Origin: a virus
Taxonomy: Duplodnaviria > Caudoviricetes
Virus record (IMG/VR): IMGVR_UViG_3300011337_000669
Reading direction: 5' to 3' (one strand)
Length of the DNA: 64,000 nucleotides
Each line of letters starts with the position of its first letter. Position 1 is the first letter of the stretch. The translations under genes were made by a program, and so were the position numbers. The notes beneath the pieces are model-generated. The model saw only the letters and a list, made by a program, of their open reading frames with translations, was not told the origin of the DNA and made no database searches. Positions 18,198 to 27,183 of this stretch are shown here, piece by piece.

Positions 18198-18461
18198 ATG
18201 AAATATATTATCTCCGAAAGCCGACTCGAAGGTATCATGACCGAATACTTGGATTATGATGATAGTTTGGTAATCGCGGATCCGATTTATGATGATAACG
18301 ATCCACATTGGACTGAATATATGTTCTACAACTATGACGATGAAGACTTGTGGGTCAATAATCAATTTATTGATGAATTCAGCTATTTGTTTCATAAAGA
18401 GTATGACGAATCTCTCTCATTTATAAAAGACTGGTTCAAAAAAGAATTCAATCTAAAATGA
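18198..18461 (+). CDS. MKYIISE-leader family protein
   Basis: MKYIISESRLEGIMTEYLD. Confidence 0.78.
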   Translation: MKYIISESRLEGIMTEYLDYDDSLVIADPIYDDNDPHWTEYMFYNYDDEDLWVNNQFIDEFSYLFHKEYDESLSFIKDWFKKEFNLK

Positions 18462-18742
18462 AATACATTATATCTGAAAGCCGACTCGAAAAAATCATGA
18501 CTGAATACTTGGATTCTTATTTTCTAAGTAAGGATATTATTGATAACCAAGCAGGTATTGCTGTGTATGATGATGAGGAGGAATATTTACAGTATTTCCC
18601 AAGAAAAAAAGAGTTATTCATATTGAACGAATTCTTGGATGAGTTCGAATCGGTGTTTAACCTTAGTCGAAACGAATCACTTAGATTCATCACCAAGTGG
18701 TTCGAGAATGAATTTCACGTTAAAGTATACCAATCAGGGTAA
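18458..18742 (+). CDS. MKYIISE-leader family protein (tandem paralog)
   Basis: MKYIISESRLEKIMTEYLD; ATGA overlap with previous gene. Confidence 0.78.
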   Translation: MKYIISESRLEKIMTEYLDSYFLSKDIIDNQAGIAVYDDEEEYLQYFPRKKELFILNEFLDEFESVFNLSRNESLRFITKWFENEFHVKVYQSG

Positions 18743-18749
18743 TTGGTTT

Positions 18750-19679
18750 CTACCCAACATATTTTTTAGCACCACGTGTATATAACGTCACAAACTTCTC
18801 TAACAATTCCTTGTCACTATTTATTAAATTACGAAGTCCGTCTTCTAATTCATTCATCTGTGGAACATGGGTATCAGCATAATCCATAGGTATTACACTT
18901 ACAATCCCCGAGTATATCGCTCTATCTAAGTATGTTTGAAAGTCAGGCATGAATGATGGCATGTACCAATCTGCAGCTAGAATAACTGCATCGATAAGTT
19001 CGGGCATTCTTCTTTTGAGATATGGATTTACTGATTCATCTATCTTTAGTTTGTTTCTCTTTTCGTAGATGGACTTCATCTTCTTTAACAATGTTTCATT
19101 ACTAAGTATGAGTTTTTTCATCATGTCTTCCAAATACTCCAACTTTGTGGTATCAGAATCAAAATAATCTTCAGGTAGTTCAGTTACAATTCCCGAATAT
19201 ATCGATTGTTCCAAAAATGTATCAAAAGTCATGGTGTGCTTGTTGGGATTATAGTATGACGCCGATTCAAAAACCGAATCAATCAATTCAGGTAATCTCC
19301 TTCTAATAGATATTGGAGAATCCCCTTCATTCATTATTTCTAAATCGAGTTTACTAATGAAGATTTGTTTTAGTGTCTGAAGTAATTCCTTATCATTGTT
19401 GATTGTTTTTAATAAGACTTTTTCAATTTCACCTAACTCTTCGCTGGTCAAATCATAATCTTCAATAACATTTCTTATTGAATAAAATATTGTCCTATCT
19501 AAGAAATTCTTGAAATAATTCTCATCGAATTCTCTGTCACTTCTAACAAATATTTCGTTAGCGGTATCAACAACTGCATTAAGAAACTCAGGAAGTCTCC
19601 TTCTTAAATAAGGATTAAGAAAACCTTCATTAATCCCCATGACCTCCTTGATTCTATCTATGTCTTCTTGTAAATTCAT
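18750..19679 (-). CDS. MNLQEDI.RIKEVMG-leader protein with 3 tandem domain copies
   Basis: RRR(L/M)PE.. motif three times; start moved to MNLQED. Confidence 0.8.
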   Translation of the reverse strand: MNLQEDIDRIKEVMGINEGFLNPYLRRRLPEFLNAVVDTANEIFVRSDREFDENYFKNFLDRTIFYSIRNVIEDYDLTSEELGEIEKVLLKTINNDKELLQTLKQIFISKLDLEIMNEGDSPISIRRRLPELIDSVFESASYYNPNKHTMTFDTFLEQSIYSGIVTELPEDYFDSDTTKLEYLEDMMKKLILSNETLLKKMKSIYEKRNKLKIDESVNPYLKRRMPELIDAVILAADWYMPSFMPDFQTYLDRAIYSGIVSVIPMDYADTHVPQMNELEDGLRNLINSDKELLEKFVTLYTRGAKKYVG

Positions 19680-19683
19680 TTGG

Positions 19684-20325
19684 TTAAATGTTGGAGATAT
19701 AGTGATCGTAAATCTCATCGTATATTGAATGATTCTTTACTAACTCCATTATCTTTGGCTCTAGCACTTCACTTATTTTTAACTGTTCTTCGTGTTCCCC
19801 TCCTATTTCATCGGCAACAAAATCTCTTGTTGCTGAGAATATAACCCTTTCTAAAAAATCATCGAAGTTGTTGAATCTACGTGGTGATAACCAGTCATAT
19901 GAAGCTTCGATATAATCAAGTAAAGCATCCATTCTTCTTTTAACAAGAAGTAATTCTTTAGATTCATTTATGTCTTCAGATTCATCTCTTGTTGGATACT
20001 TTTTCGAATCGTAATGTTCTTTGATTTTTCTGAATAACCTTTTATCGTTACGTAATGATACAAAGGCAAATGGGAGTAACTCCTCTATTTCATCTCTTTT
20101 CACAAGAATATCATTAAATTCGAAGAAACCATCTATTGAATGTCTCAATACTAACTTAAGATAGTCTTCAAAACTATCTATGTCTTCTATGAATTCATCC
20201 ATCCACTCGAAAGAAGTAAGGAGAACATCAAGAAATTCATCTTGTCTTCTCTTAAAAAACATATCACGGCTTTCGTTAATCCCCATGACTTCCTTAATCC
20301 TATTTATGTCTTCACGCAAATTCAT
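19684..20325 (-). CDS. MNLREDINRIKEVMG-leader protein with 2 tandem domain copies
   Basis: KRR.D motif twice; TATTTAT upstream. Confidence 0.8.
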   Translation of the reverse strand: MNLREDINRIKEVMGINESRDMFFKRRQDEFLDVLLTSFEWMDEFIEDIDSFEDYLKLVLRHSIDGFFEFNDILVKRDEIEELLPFAFVSLRNDKRLFRKIKEHYDSKKYPTRDESEDINESKELLLVKRRMDALLDYIEASYDWLSPRRFNNFDDFLERVIFSATRDFVADEIGGEHEEQLKISEVLEPKIMELVKNHSIYDEIYDHYISNI

Positions 20326-20346
20326 ATAGATAAATATAAAGAAAAT

Positions 20347-20376
20347 GAAAAACCCCCACCTTTTGGGTGAGGGTTT
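20347..20376 (-). terminator. Intrinsic terminator
   Basis: AAACCCCCACC-TTTTG-GGTGAGGGTTT. Confidence 0.75.
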
Positions 20377-20381
20377 CATTA

Positions 20382-21248
20382 TTATAATTGACTTTCTGCC
20401 GTGACTTTGACGTTGGATAACATCCATCCCGCGTCACATAGTTGGTCACTGTAACAATTTCCCGTGAACCACGGAGTTGATGACGGTCCTTTAGGTGAGT
20501 ATCCTTCCCAATATGAAGGTGTTATCCACCATCCTTTTTCCATACTAGATTTTAATGTGGACATATCTATTGTTGTACCATCTGCTCCACCATCTGCCAA
20601 TACATCATATATTACAGCACTATTTCCGTTTTGTGAAACAGATATTGTCATATTAGTATAATCAGAATTAAACACTATGGTCATGTCAAATGGTTTAGTG
20701 ATATCTAATACATCTACTAAATTATGTGTACCTTTGGATGGGTTATCACTCATATTTGATGGAGTATAACAATCATCATTCAACGCCCCGCTTGTATACG
20801 AATACTCAAATCTTTGTTGATTATTTAAATGAATTGTTTGTTGGAATATTCTATTTCCGTTTGTTTCCATAAAATCAATCTCATTACAATATGGAGAACC
20901 TGCATTTCCTGCATCACAATAGTTAGTTCCTTTAGGTTGAACTGAATTGTTAACCATGTAAAAAGAAGCGTTTAACCAATTGTTCTTTTGTACGCTGTTT
21001 GGTGCCAATCCTGACAAATCAATTGTTGCAGTAATTTTGGATATGTTCTTATATCCATGAGTTGACACAACCCGACCTGGATTAAATGTAACACTTGAAT
21101 CTGTAATAACAGGATCGAGTGTTGGATTACACCAATCACTAACCCAATCTTCTTCAAATGTAACATCATACGTTGTATTCGTAACAGTTTTTGGTTGACA
21201 TCCGAATACCAATAATACCATTAAACCAAGGATAAATAATTTTTTCAT
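20382..21248 (-). CDS. Lipoprotein glycoside hydrolase, GH7-like (clan B jelly-roll)
   Basis: Lipobox LVFGC; WLNASFYMV, GTNYCDA, CNEIDFMETN, LDITKPFDMTIVF motifs. Confidence 0.7.
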   Translation of the reverse strand: MKKLFILGLMVLLVFGCQPKTVTNTTYDVTFEEDWVSDWCNPTLDPVITDSSVTFNPGRVVSTHGYKNISKITATIDLSGLAPNSVQKNNWLNASFYMVNNSVQPKGTNYCDAGNAGSPYCNEIDFMETNGNRIFQQTIHLNNQQRFEYSYTSGALNDDCYTPSNMSDNPSKGTHNLVDVLDITKPFDMTIVFNSDYTNMTISVSQNGNSAVIYDVLADGGADGTTIDMSTLKSSMEKGWWITPSYWEGYSPKGPSSTPWFTGNCYSDQLCDAGWMLSNVKVTAESQL

Positions 21249-21260
21249 AGTTGTGTTTTA

Positions 21261-21599
21261 TCAGAAAACTCTTAAGAAATGTCCTGCGAGTGCTAACAAT
21301 CCAACAATGATTGGAACGTAGGTTTTTGATCCACCCATAAGTGATAAGTGCATTACGACCGCAGCACTCATGAATGATGCGATTAAAATTGCTCCGAACA
21401 ATGATGTAGTCGGAATCAAAAGTAATACAACTCCTAATAATTCACCTAATCCTGTAACAACTCTATACTTCTCTAACTTCATGAATGCGAAGTTCCCCAC
21501 CATTTCTTGTGTTCCAACAAGTTTATCGATTGCACCTTTTCCTAAAAAGAGTGCTGTGATTACGGATAGTACCCATCCGATAATTGATAAAATTTCCAT
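21261..21599 (-). CDS. DoxX-like membrane protein
   Basis: About 4 hydrophobic segments; GELLGVVLLLIP, SAAVVMHL pattern. Confidence 0.75.
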   Translation of the reverse strand: MEILSIIGWVLSVITALFLGKGAIDKLVGTQEMVGNFAFMKLEKYRVVTGLGELLGVVLLLIPTTSLFGAILIASFMSAAVVMHLSLMGGSKTYVPIIVGLLALAGHFLRVF

Positions 21600-21633
21600 A
21601 GTTTTGTTTTTTATATTTTTTTGTTAATTTTTC

Positions 21634-21858
21634 TTATTCTTCGACATCTTCCTCCTCATCTATTTCTCCACTACAACGGTATTCAACCTCATCTCTGTAT
21701 GAAGTGACATCTTGCTGGTGTTCCACACCATCGCATTCGTCCCAAGGACAATCTTCAACTATTTGTAACGCTTCTTCTTCTGTTTCAGCCTCAACGTGAA
21801 GGGTCCACGCCTCTTCCACATATCTCTCTGCAATAATGATAAATTTCTTCTTTGCCAT
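21634..21858 (-). CDS. Small acidic protein (paralog pair, copy 2)
   Basis: MAKKKF.IIAER...AWT...CP..ECD. Confidence 0.7.
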   Translation of the reverse strand: MAKKKFIIIAERYVEEAWTLHVEAETEEEALQIVEDCPWDECDGVEHQQDVTSYRDEVEYRCSGEIDEEEDVEE

Positions 21859-21865
21859 AACTTTT

Positions 21866-22120
21866 TTATTTTTTATATTTTTCTTCTAATTTTTTTAATT
21901 CTTCTTCATTCAAATCTTGTTCGTCATCTAATGAATATTCAATGTCATATGAATCAGTATAAACATTTTCATCATCGTGGTGATAGATATCATCGCATTC
22001 TCCATCAGGACAATTTTCAACTAATTCTAATGCGTCATCGTAATTTTCTGCCAAAACACTATATGTCCACGCGTGGACATATGTCCTTTCCGCAATAATT
22101 GTAAACTTTTTCTTTGCCAT
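21866..22120 (-). CDS. Small acidic protein (paralog pair, copy 1)
   Basis: Same motifs as 21634-21858. Confidence 0.7.
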   Translation of the reverse strand: MAKKKFTIIAERTYVHAWTYSVLAENYDDALELVENCPDGECDDIYHHDDENVYTDSYDIEYSLDDEQDLNEEELKKLEEKYKK

Positions 22121-22178
22121 ATTATTATTTTTGTTTAACTGTAAGAATTTATTTCGGTATTGTCAAATAAACACAACC

Positions 22179-22304
22179 CTATTTTCCTCTTAAGAAAAAT
22201 AATACTATTGCTCCGATGATTAGGTATGTCATAAAGTTTGGGATATTGGTCAGCCCCCAAACAATGATGAATCCTACAATTAAAACATTGATTAGTCGTA
22301 ACAT
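22179..22304 (-). CDS. 41-aa hydrophobic membrane peptide
   Basis: Manual translation MLRLINVLIVGFIIVWG...FFLRGK; TATATTTG upstream. Confidence 0.55.
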   Translation of the reverse strand: MLRLINVLIVGFIIVWGLTNIPNFMTYLIIGAIVLFFLRGK

Positions 22305-22386
22305 GAGTTATTTTTTTTTAGGTATGCCCCAAATATAAAAAAAAATATCCGAATAAAAAAACCTCATCGATGGTGAGGTTTATATT

Positions 22387-22926
22387 TTATTCTTCAGGTT
22401 TGTATCTTTTAGCCGCGTATAATAAGTTATCAATCCCTGACTTATCAGGATTTGTAATTGAAATGTATTTTATTACATCAGGGTCATTTAGTTTCTTCAA
22501 AAAACTATTGTTTCTACTTTGAGCATAAGTAACATCAGATCTCTTCTTACCTTTAATCCTAATTATCTCCAATTGGTCAATCATCTTCTTATACAACCAA
22601 TATGGAATCTTAATGTAATTGAACCCCTCCATATCTTCAACATCTCCTAATACCTCCACTTGTGATTTTGGTAAATTAAACTTTTGAACATTGAGATTAT
22701 ACTCTTGAGCGTTGTCCATAAAAATTCTGTTTTCACGAGCCATCTCTTTGATGTTCATGATTTGGATGCTATCACCATCTTCTCCTGTAATCATATAGGC
22801 CCCAACAATTGATTTATCCTCAGGAATATAAGTTGTCTTATTAAAATCATAAGACGGATTGACATCTTGTTCTGAAATCATTCCCATCACTTCTTTGATT
22901 CTATGTATATCCTCTTGTAAGTTCAT
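22387..22926 (-). CDS. MNLQEDIHRIKEVMG-leader protein
   Basis: Leader; start moved. Confidence 0.75.
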   Translation of the reverse strand: MNLQEDIHRIKEVMGMISEQDVNPSYDFNKTTYIPEDKSIVGAYMITGEDGDSIQIMNIKEMARENRIFMDNAQEYNLNVQKFNLPKSQVEVLGDVEDMEGFNYIKIPYWLYKKMIDQLEIIRIKGKKRSDVTYAQSRNNSFLKKLNDPDVIKYISITNPDKSGIDNLLYAAKRYKPEE

Positions 22927-22927
22927 C

Positions 22928-23374
22928 TTATTTCTTTTTCTTGATACAGTTCGGATATTTTTTACCAAACATTGTCTTCATACCTTTTTGAGTATAACCT
23001 TTCCAACATTTCTCAGTCAACTCACCTTCCATTTGCTCTTGCTTTTGTGTGTCTTTACAACCCCTAACGTACTTTCTTTTCAGATTTGGCTGTATATCAA
23101 AATTACTATCCAATAACATAAAAATGTCATTCATAATATCCTCTTGTACTGAAGTCCCACCAAAAGCATTCGCCATTACTTGAAACGGATCGATATCGAA
23201 AGTTACGGTAACTAAATAACTTTTGTATTCACCAGCCTCTATTACATCGATATCAACATCACATATTTCTTTTTCGTACTGACGAACAATAATCCCATCA
23301 ATCAGTTTTTTAATCAATGGCACTAAATTTTTTCGAGTTTCTTCGTGTAATATTTTTCTGATTAGGTCTCTCAT
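22928..23374 (-). CDS. MRDLIRKILHEE-leader protein with C-terminal KCWKGY...PNC mini-domain
   Basis: Leader; TATTTAT upstream. Confidence 0.7.
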   Translation of the reverse strand: MRDLIRKILHEETRKNLVPLIKKLIDGIIVRQYEKEICDVDIDVIEAGEYKSYLVTVTFDIDPFQVMANAFGGTSVQEDIMNDIFMLLDSNFDIQPNLKRKYVRGCKDTQKQEQMEGELTEKCWKGYTQKGMKTMFGKKYPNCIKKKK

Positions 23375-23395
23375 TGTAAATAAATACCAGAGAAA

Positions 23396-23740
23396 TTAGA
23401 ATAACTTTGACAAAAATTTGAGTTTAATACTGTCCATCTTTGTAATCCCATTACGGGTCCATAGCGCCTTATCAATTAAACTATCATATTTATTGTAAAG
23501 GTAATGTCTTAGAAACAAAAAATCCCAATGGTCAACAACAAACCTCCTTACATTAGTTTTATTTGGTAACCTGAAAGAAAAAGATAATAATGAACTCTTT
23601 TTAAGTTTATTGAGGACTGTGAAAACTCTGAAGTTAAATGAAGAAGAATCTCCATAATACCCAATAGTAAATAAATTAACTTTGAACCTAACTCTATGTA
23701 GTTTCCACGAAACTTTCTCTAAAAACGTATTTATATCCAT
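23396..23740 (-). CDS. Hypothetical protein
   Basis: 114-aa ORF. Confidence 0.55.
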   Translation of the reverse strand: MDINTFLEKVSWKLHRVRFKVNLFTIGYYGDSSSFNFRVFTVLNKLKKSSLLSFSFRLPNKTNVRRFVVDHWDFLFLRHYLYNKYDSLIDKALWTRNGITKMDSIKLKFLSKLF

Positions 23741-23822
23741 ATTATAAAAATAAGAAAAAGTTTTTGATTATAAAGAAAGTGAATAGATTTTTCCAATCTT
23801 ATTTTTGTTTATATTTCTTAAT

Positions 23823-24086
23823 ATGACAACCATCGAAAAACATATTGTGAAATACATTGATGATAAATTTGGTTTCCCCTATCTTCATTATAACCGAGAA
23901 GAACAAACATGGGTAAATGAGTTTTTTCTATTTGATATAAAACCACAAACGATGTTTATCTCTGACATTGCACGAAATGAACTATACAAAAGATTTGGAA
24001 AAGGTTATATTGATAATGTCCTTTTGACCGTAGTTTCTTATTGGTTCAAAAAAACATATAAACTTGAAGTAAAGGAAGTCGAATAA
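23823..24086 (+). CDS. Hypothetical protein
   Basis: C-terminus (WFKKTYKLEV) resembles that of the MKYII family. Confidence 0.6.
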   Translation: MTTIEKHIVKYIDDKFGFPYLHYNREEQTWVNEFFLFDIKPQTMFISDIARNELYKRFGKGYIDNVLLTVVSYWFKKTYKLEVKEVE

Positions 24087-24098
24087 CTATTTACCAGT

Positions 24099-24752
24099 AT
24101 GAGTTACTTAGTTGCAAATGTCCCACCCGTAGAAGTTTTTATAGATAAAAAGTTTTTATACGATTTTCAGAAAGATGAGTCAGGAAAATATTTGGGTGAT
24201 GGTGAATGGGAAAAAGGACATTGGGTCAGTGTAAAATCTATTCCAAATCGAGCCTTGTTATTTGAAACTTATGTTGATAAATTCGGAGCAGTTTACGATA
24301 AATTACCAATACATGCATTTCGTTGGAGGGAACCACAACCGAACGATAAGGTGTTTCCTTTGGATTTCTTACAACTTTGGGATTGCCTGTCATACAACAT
24401 ATCTGTAATTGAGAAACGTGTCCTGAGAGGTGTTAAAACCTACACTACGATGAAGGACCAAAGTATTGTTGAAGGTGAATATTTGTTCACAATCGACACA
24501 GCTCATTCAGATCCAAATGAGATTGATTGTGGATGGAGTGAAACTCCAAACGAACACAAATGTTACAACATATCCAAATTGGAAAATGGACAGATTTGTG
24601 CTCAACCTAACAACCGAACAAGATGGTACCAACCGAGTAGGACTTCGGATATTACACAAATTCCATATTTCAGGTATTCAACAAAAATTTGGAAGTCTGA
24701 AGACTATAGTAAATGGCGTCCCTCAGATGAAAATTGGGATTATACTCCCTAA
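24099..24752 (+). CDS. Hypothetical phage-type protein
   Basis: 217-aa ORF rich in W/H/C; TATTTAC upstream. Confidence 0.65.
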   Translation: MSYLVANVPPVEVFIDKKFLYDFQKDESGKYLGDGEWEKGHWVSVKSIPNRALLFETYVDKFGAVYDKLPIHAFRWREPQPNDKVFPLDFLQLWDCLSYNISVIEKRVLRGVKTYTTMKDQSIVEGEYLFTIDTAHSDPNEIDCGWSETPNEHKCYNISKLENGQICAQPNNRTRWYQPSRTSDITQIPYFRYSTKIWKSEDYSKWRPSDENWDYTP

Positions 24753-24755
24753 AAA

Positions 24756-25559
24756 TTATATCTCACCAATCAATACAACTGGAGTCATTCCTATTGCCGC
24801 CGCTGTTGATAGTCTTGTATTACCCGCAACCAAGTAATATCTATTACCAAACTTAAGTATCATCGGTCTATGATAATCTCCTCCTAATAGTGCTTTGGCT
24901 AATTTAGTTGGATTGGTTTTGTTGAATTCTTTAGCAATTTTTCTTACCTTATCCATTTCTCCCACCTTGATTTCGTTGGAATGCGTGTTTTCCAATTTTC
25001 TCCACACATCAAAAGGAATTTCAATTTCAACACCGTTTCTGAAAGCCTTTACAATATCTTCAACTGATGTATTAACCCCATAATTCCTCGATAAATCCTC
25101 CACCGTTCTTTCGATTTCTTCTATTTCATCATCGATTGAATCCTTTTTTTTCCCTTTCTTACCTTCGTAAAGTCTATCTTTGAAATCGGGATTTTGTTTG
25201 TCAAACTTCTTAATAAAAATACCTGAGAGAACGTTACTCATGTTCTCCTCAGGTCCCCCTATGTCTTGTATTTTTTTCTTGTCGTCCAATCCCATCTCTT
25301 GATATTGATATTCATGAACCCATTCATGAGATATGGTTCTCAAGATGTCAATTAACATTCTACCTTTAGCCAAGATATACATTTTACTTCCTGGCATTCT
25401 AACACCTGTAGTAACTGTGGTAGATCTATCACTTGTGAGATTTACCTCTACATCTGACGATAGCGGAAGTTGGCTTTGTAGAAACTTGATAAATGAAGAA
25501 ATAACTTCGAGTTGTTCCTGATTAACTTGTGACTTTGGACTTTTGATACAAACTTTCAT
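24756..25559 (-). CDS. HExxH zinc-metallopeptidase-like domain fused to a ParB/Srx-like domain
   Basis: ISHEWVHEYQ; C-terminal RPMILK.GNRYYLVAGNTRL. Confidence 0.65.
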   Translation of the reverse strand: MKVCIKSPKSQVNQEQLEVISSFIKFLQSQLPLSSDVEVNLTSDRSTTVTTGVRMPGSKMYILAKGRMLIDILRTISHEWVHEYQYQEMGLDDKKKIQDIGGPEENMSNVLSGIFIKKFDKQNPDFKDRLYEGKKGKKKDSIDDEIEEIERTVEDLSRNYGVNTSVEDIVKAFRNGVEIEIPFDVWRKLENTHSNEIKVGEMDKVRKIAKEFNKTNPTKLAKALLGGDYHRPMILKFGNRYYLVAGNTRLSTAAAIGMTPVVLIGEI

Positions 25560-25614
25560 CAGGTATAAATATTATAAAATATCGATATTTTCTAAGTAAC
25601 TTACTCGATATTTG

Positions 25615-25749
25615 TTAAGAGTTGACTTCTTGTCTTCTTCGGTCTGTCTTTTTACATACGTTAGATACAATTTTGACTAATTCTCCCATTGGATTGTTAG
25701 CTAAAAAAAATCTCATTCTAGTGTCCGATTCTAATCTTCTTTGTTTCAT
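25615..25749 (-). CDS. 44-aa basic peptide
   Basis: Manual translation MKQRRLESDTRMRFFLANNPMGELVK... Confidence 0.45.
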   Translation of the reverse strand: MKQRRLESDTRMRFFLANNPMGELVKIVSNVCKKTDRRRQEVNS

Positions 25750-25800
25750 ATTGTTTCGTTTATTTTGTTATAAAAATAAATAGTCGTAATTAACCAAATA

Positions 25801-26055
25801 TTATTTGGTGTGTCCCAATTTGTCAATTGCTTTGACGCATTTTTTAATCGCTTCGAACTGTCCATACGATAAATGTATTTGGCGTTCCCCTTCGGAATCG
25901 TAAATATGAATATCATATCCTTCACAATTTGACCACTCAGTAACCTCGAGGAAATGACCTTCTTTTTCTTTGTCCTTTCCCATTGACCCGACACAATAAT
26001 CTTTAAGTTCTACAAATGTAGATTTTCTGTTTGTAACTTCGATTTCTTTTTTCAT
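25801..26055 (-). CDS. Hypothetical phage protein
   Basis: ORF in operon; EVTEWSNCEGYDI. Confidence 0.6.
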   Translation of the reverse strand: MKKEIEVTNRKSTFVELKDYCVGSMGKDKEKEGHFLEVTEWSNCEGYDIHIYDSEGERQIHLSYGQFEAIKKCVKAIDKLGHTK

Positions 26056-26420
26056 CTTTGGTTGTTATCATAAGATTTTACAGATGGTAACCCACTATAC
26101 TCACAAAACAATTCTTCTCTCTCTTTTTCCAACTTCTCTTTTACTTCATTAGAAAAATACATACCATCCGATTCCATATCAGCAATAGTTCTATCGAGAG
26201 TTTTGATTAATTTAACCTTGTCTTCTTTCGTATGTTTAGTATCGTCAAACAATCGTTCCATCATATCATACACTGCGTCTCTACCAAACTTTTTCCGAAT
26301 TGGAGTGTATGTGTATTCTTCTTTTTCCATTTTAGAGAATTCTCTAAAGCAGCCTACAATAAAGATTAAAAATCCAGTTGCTACAAATGCAGATAAGATT
26401 ATTACATCAAGATTTTCCAT
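26052..26420 (-). CDS. Membrane-anchored hypothetical protein
   Basis: N-terminal transmembrane segment. Confidence 0.6.
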   Translation of the reverse strand: MENLDVIILSAFVATGFLIFIVGCFREFSKMEKEEYTYTPIRKKFGRDAVYDMMERLFDDTKHTKEDKVKLIKTLDRTIADMESDGMYFSNEVKEKLEKEREELFCEYSGLPSVKSYDNNQR

Positions 26421-26592
26421 TTCTACCCTTGAGATTAAAGATTATTACAAAAAGCAAAATGGTAGGACACCACAATCCAATGAAGATTGCCTTGAGAGGG
26501 TCGTCCAAAACTACGAAATAATATTCCGACACAGCAATCAGACTCAATACAATCACCAGGAGCGCTAACTCCGATTTTTTAAATTTATTCAT
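26407..26592 (-). CDS. Small 2-TM membrane protein
   Basis: Two hydrophobic segments; TACCTTTG upstream. Confidence 0.6.
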   Translation of the reverse strand: MNKFKKSELALLVIVLSLIAVSEYYFVVLDDPLKAIFIGLWCPTILLFVIIFNLKGRNGKS

Positions 26593-26660
26593 GTTCCCTT
26601 TTTTTAGTTGATTACAAAGGTAAATGAAATAAACGAGTTAAAAAAGTTTTGATATAAAAT

Positions 26661-27053
26661 TTATTCCCAAGTTCCTTCAGAGATGATTGTTGGTTTCTCG
26701 TTCCTGTCAATCATTGCCCATTCCGCTTTAACTAATCCAAACGGTTTAAAACATTCCATGACCTGTTCCAAAGCGAAACACTTACAACTATAGATGTCAA
26801 ACTGTATCATTGGTAATTCCAAATTATCCCAACAATGAAGACTACAATGTGATGTTGCTAGTGTTACCGTACCTGTCAACCCTTCATTACCTGGATCCGA
26901 TACATATACACTTGTTGGACCAGCAACAACCTTCATCCCCACCGTTTCAACCAAGTTTATAAACCATTTGTTTAATACCTCCTCTTCTTTGGGAGGATTA
27001 GTTACCCAACATTTAACCAATAAATGTTGGTGATAGGGATTGAATTTTTCCAT
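26661..27053 (-). CDS. speD: S-adenosylmethionine decarboxylase proenzyme (class 1B-like)
   Basis: GLTGTVTLATSHCSLHCW; FDIYSCK motif; 130 aa. Confidence 0.8.
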   Translation of the reverse strand: MEKFNPYHQHLLVKCWVTNPPKEEEVLNKWFINLVETVGMKVVAGPTSVYVSDPGNEGLTGTVTLATSHCSLHCWDNLELPMIQFDIYSCKCFALEQVMECFKPFGLVKAEWAMIDRNEKPTIISEGTWE

Positions 27054-27183
27054 CAATATTATATGTAATTTTTTTACATATATATCAGGATTTTGGAAAA
27101 AATTAATTAATCACAATTATCAAGATGAAAACAAGTTTGTCCCGTGCCTTCAATTTTTCATTATTGAGATATTTATATAATAA

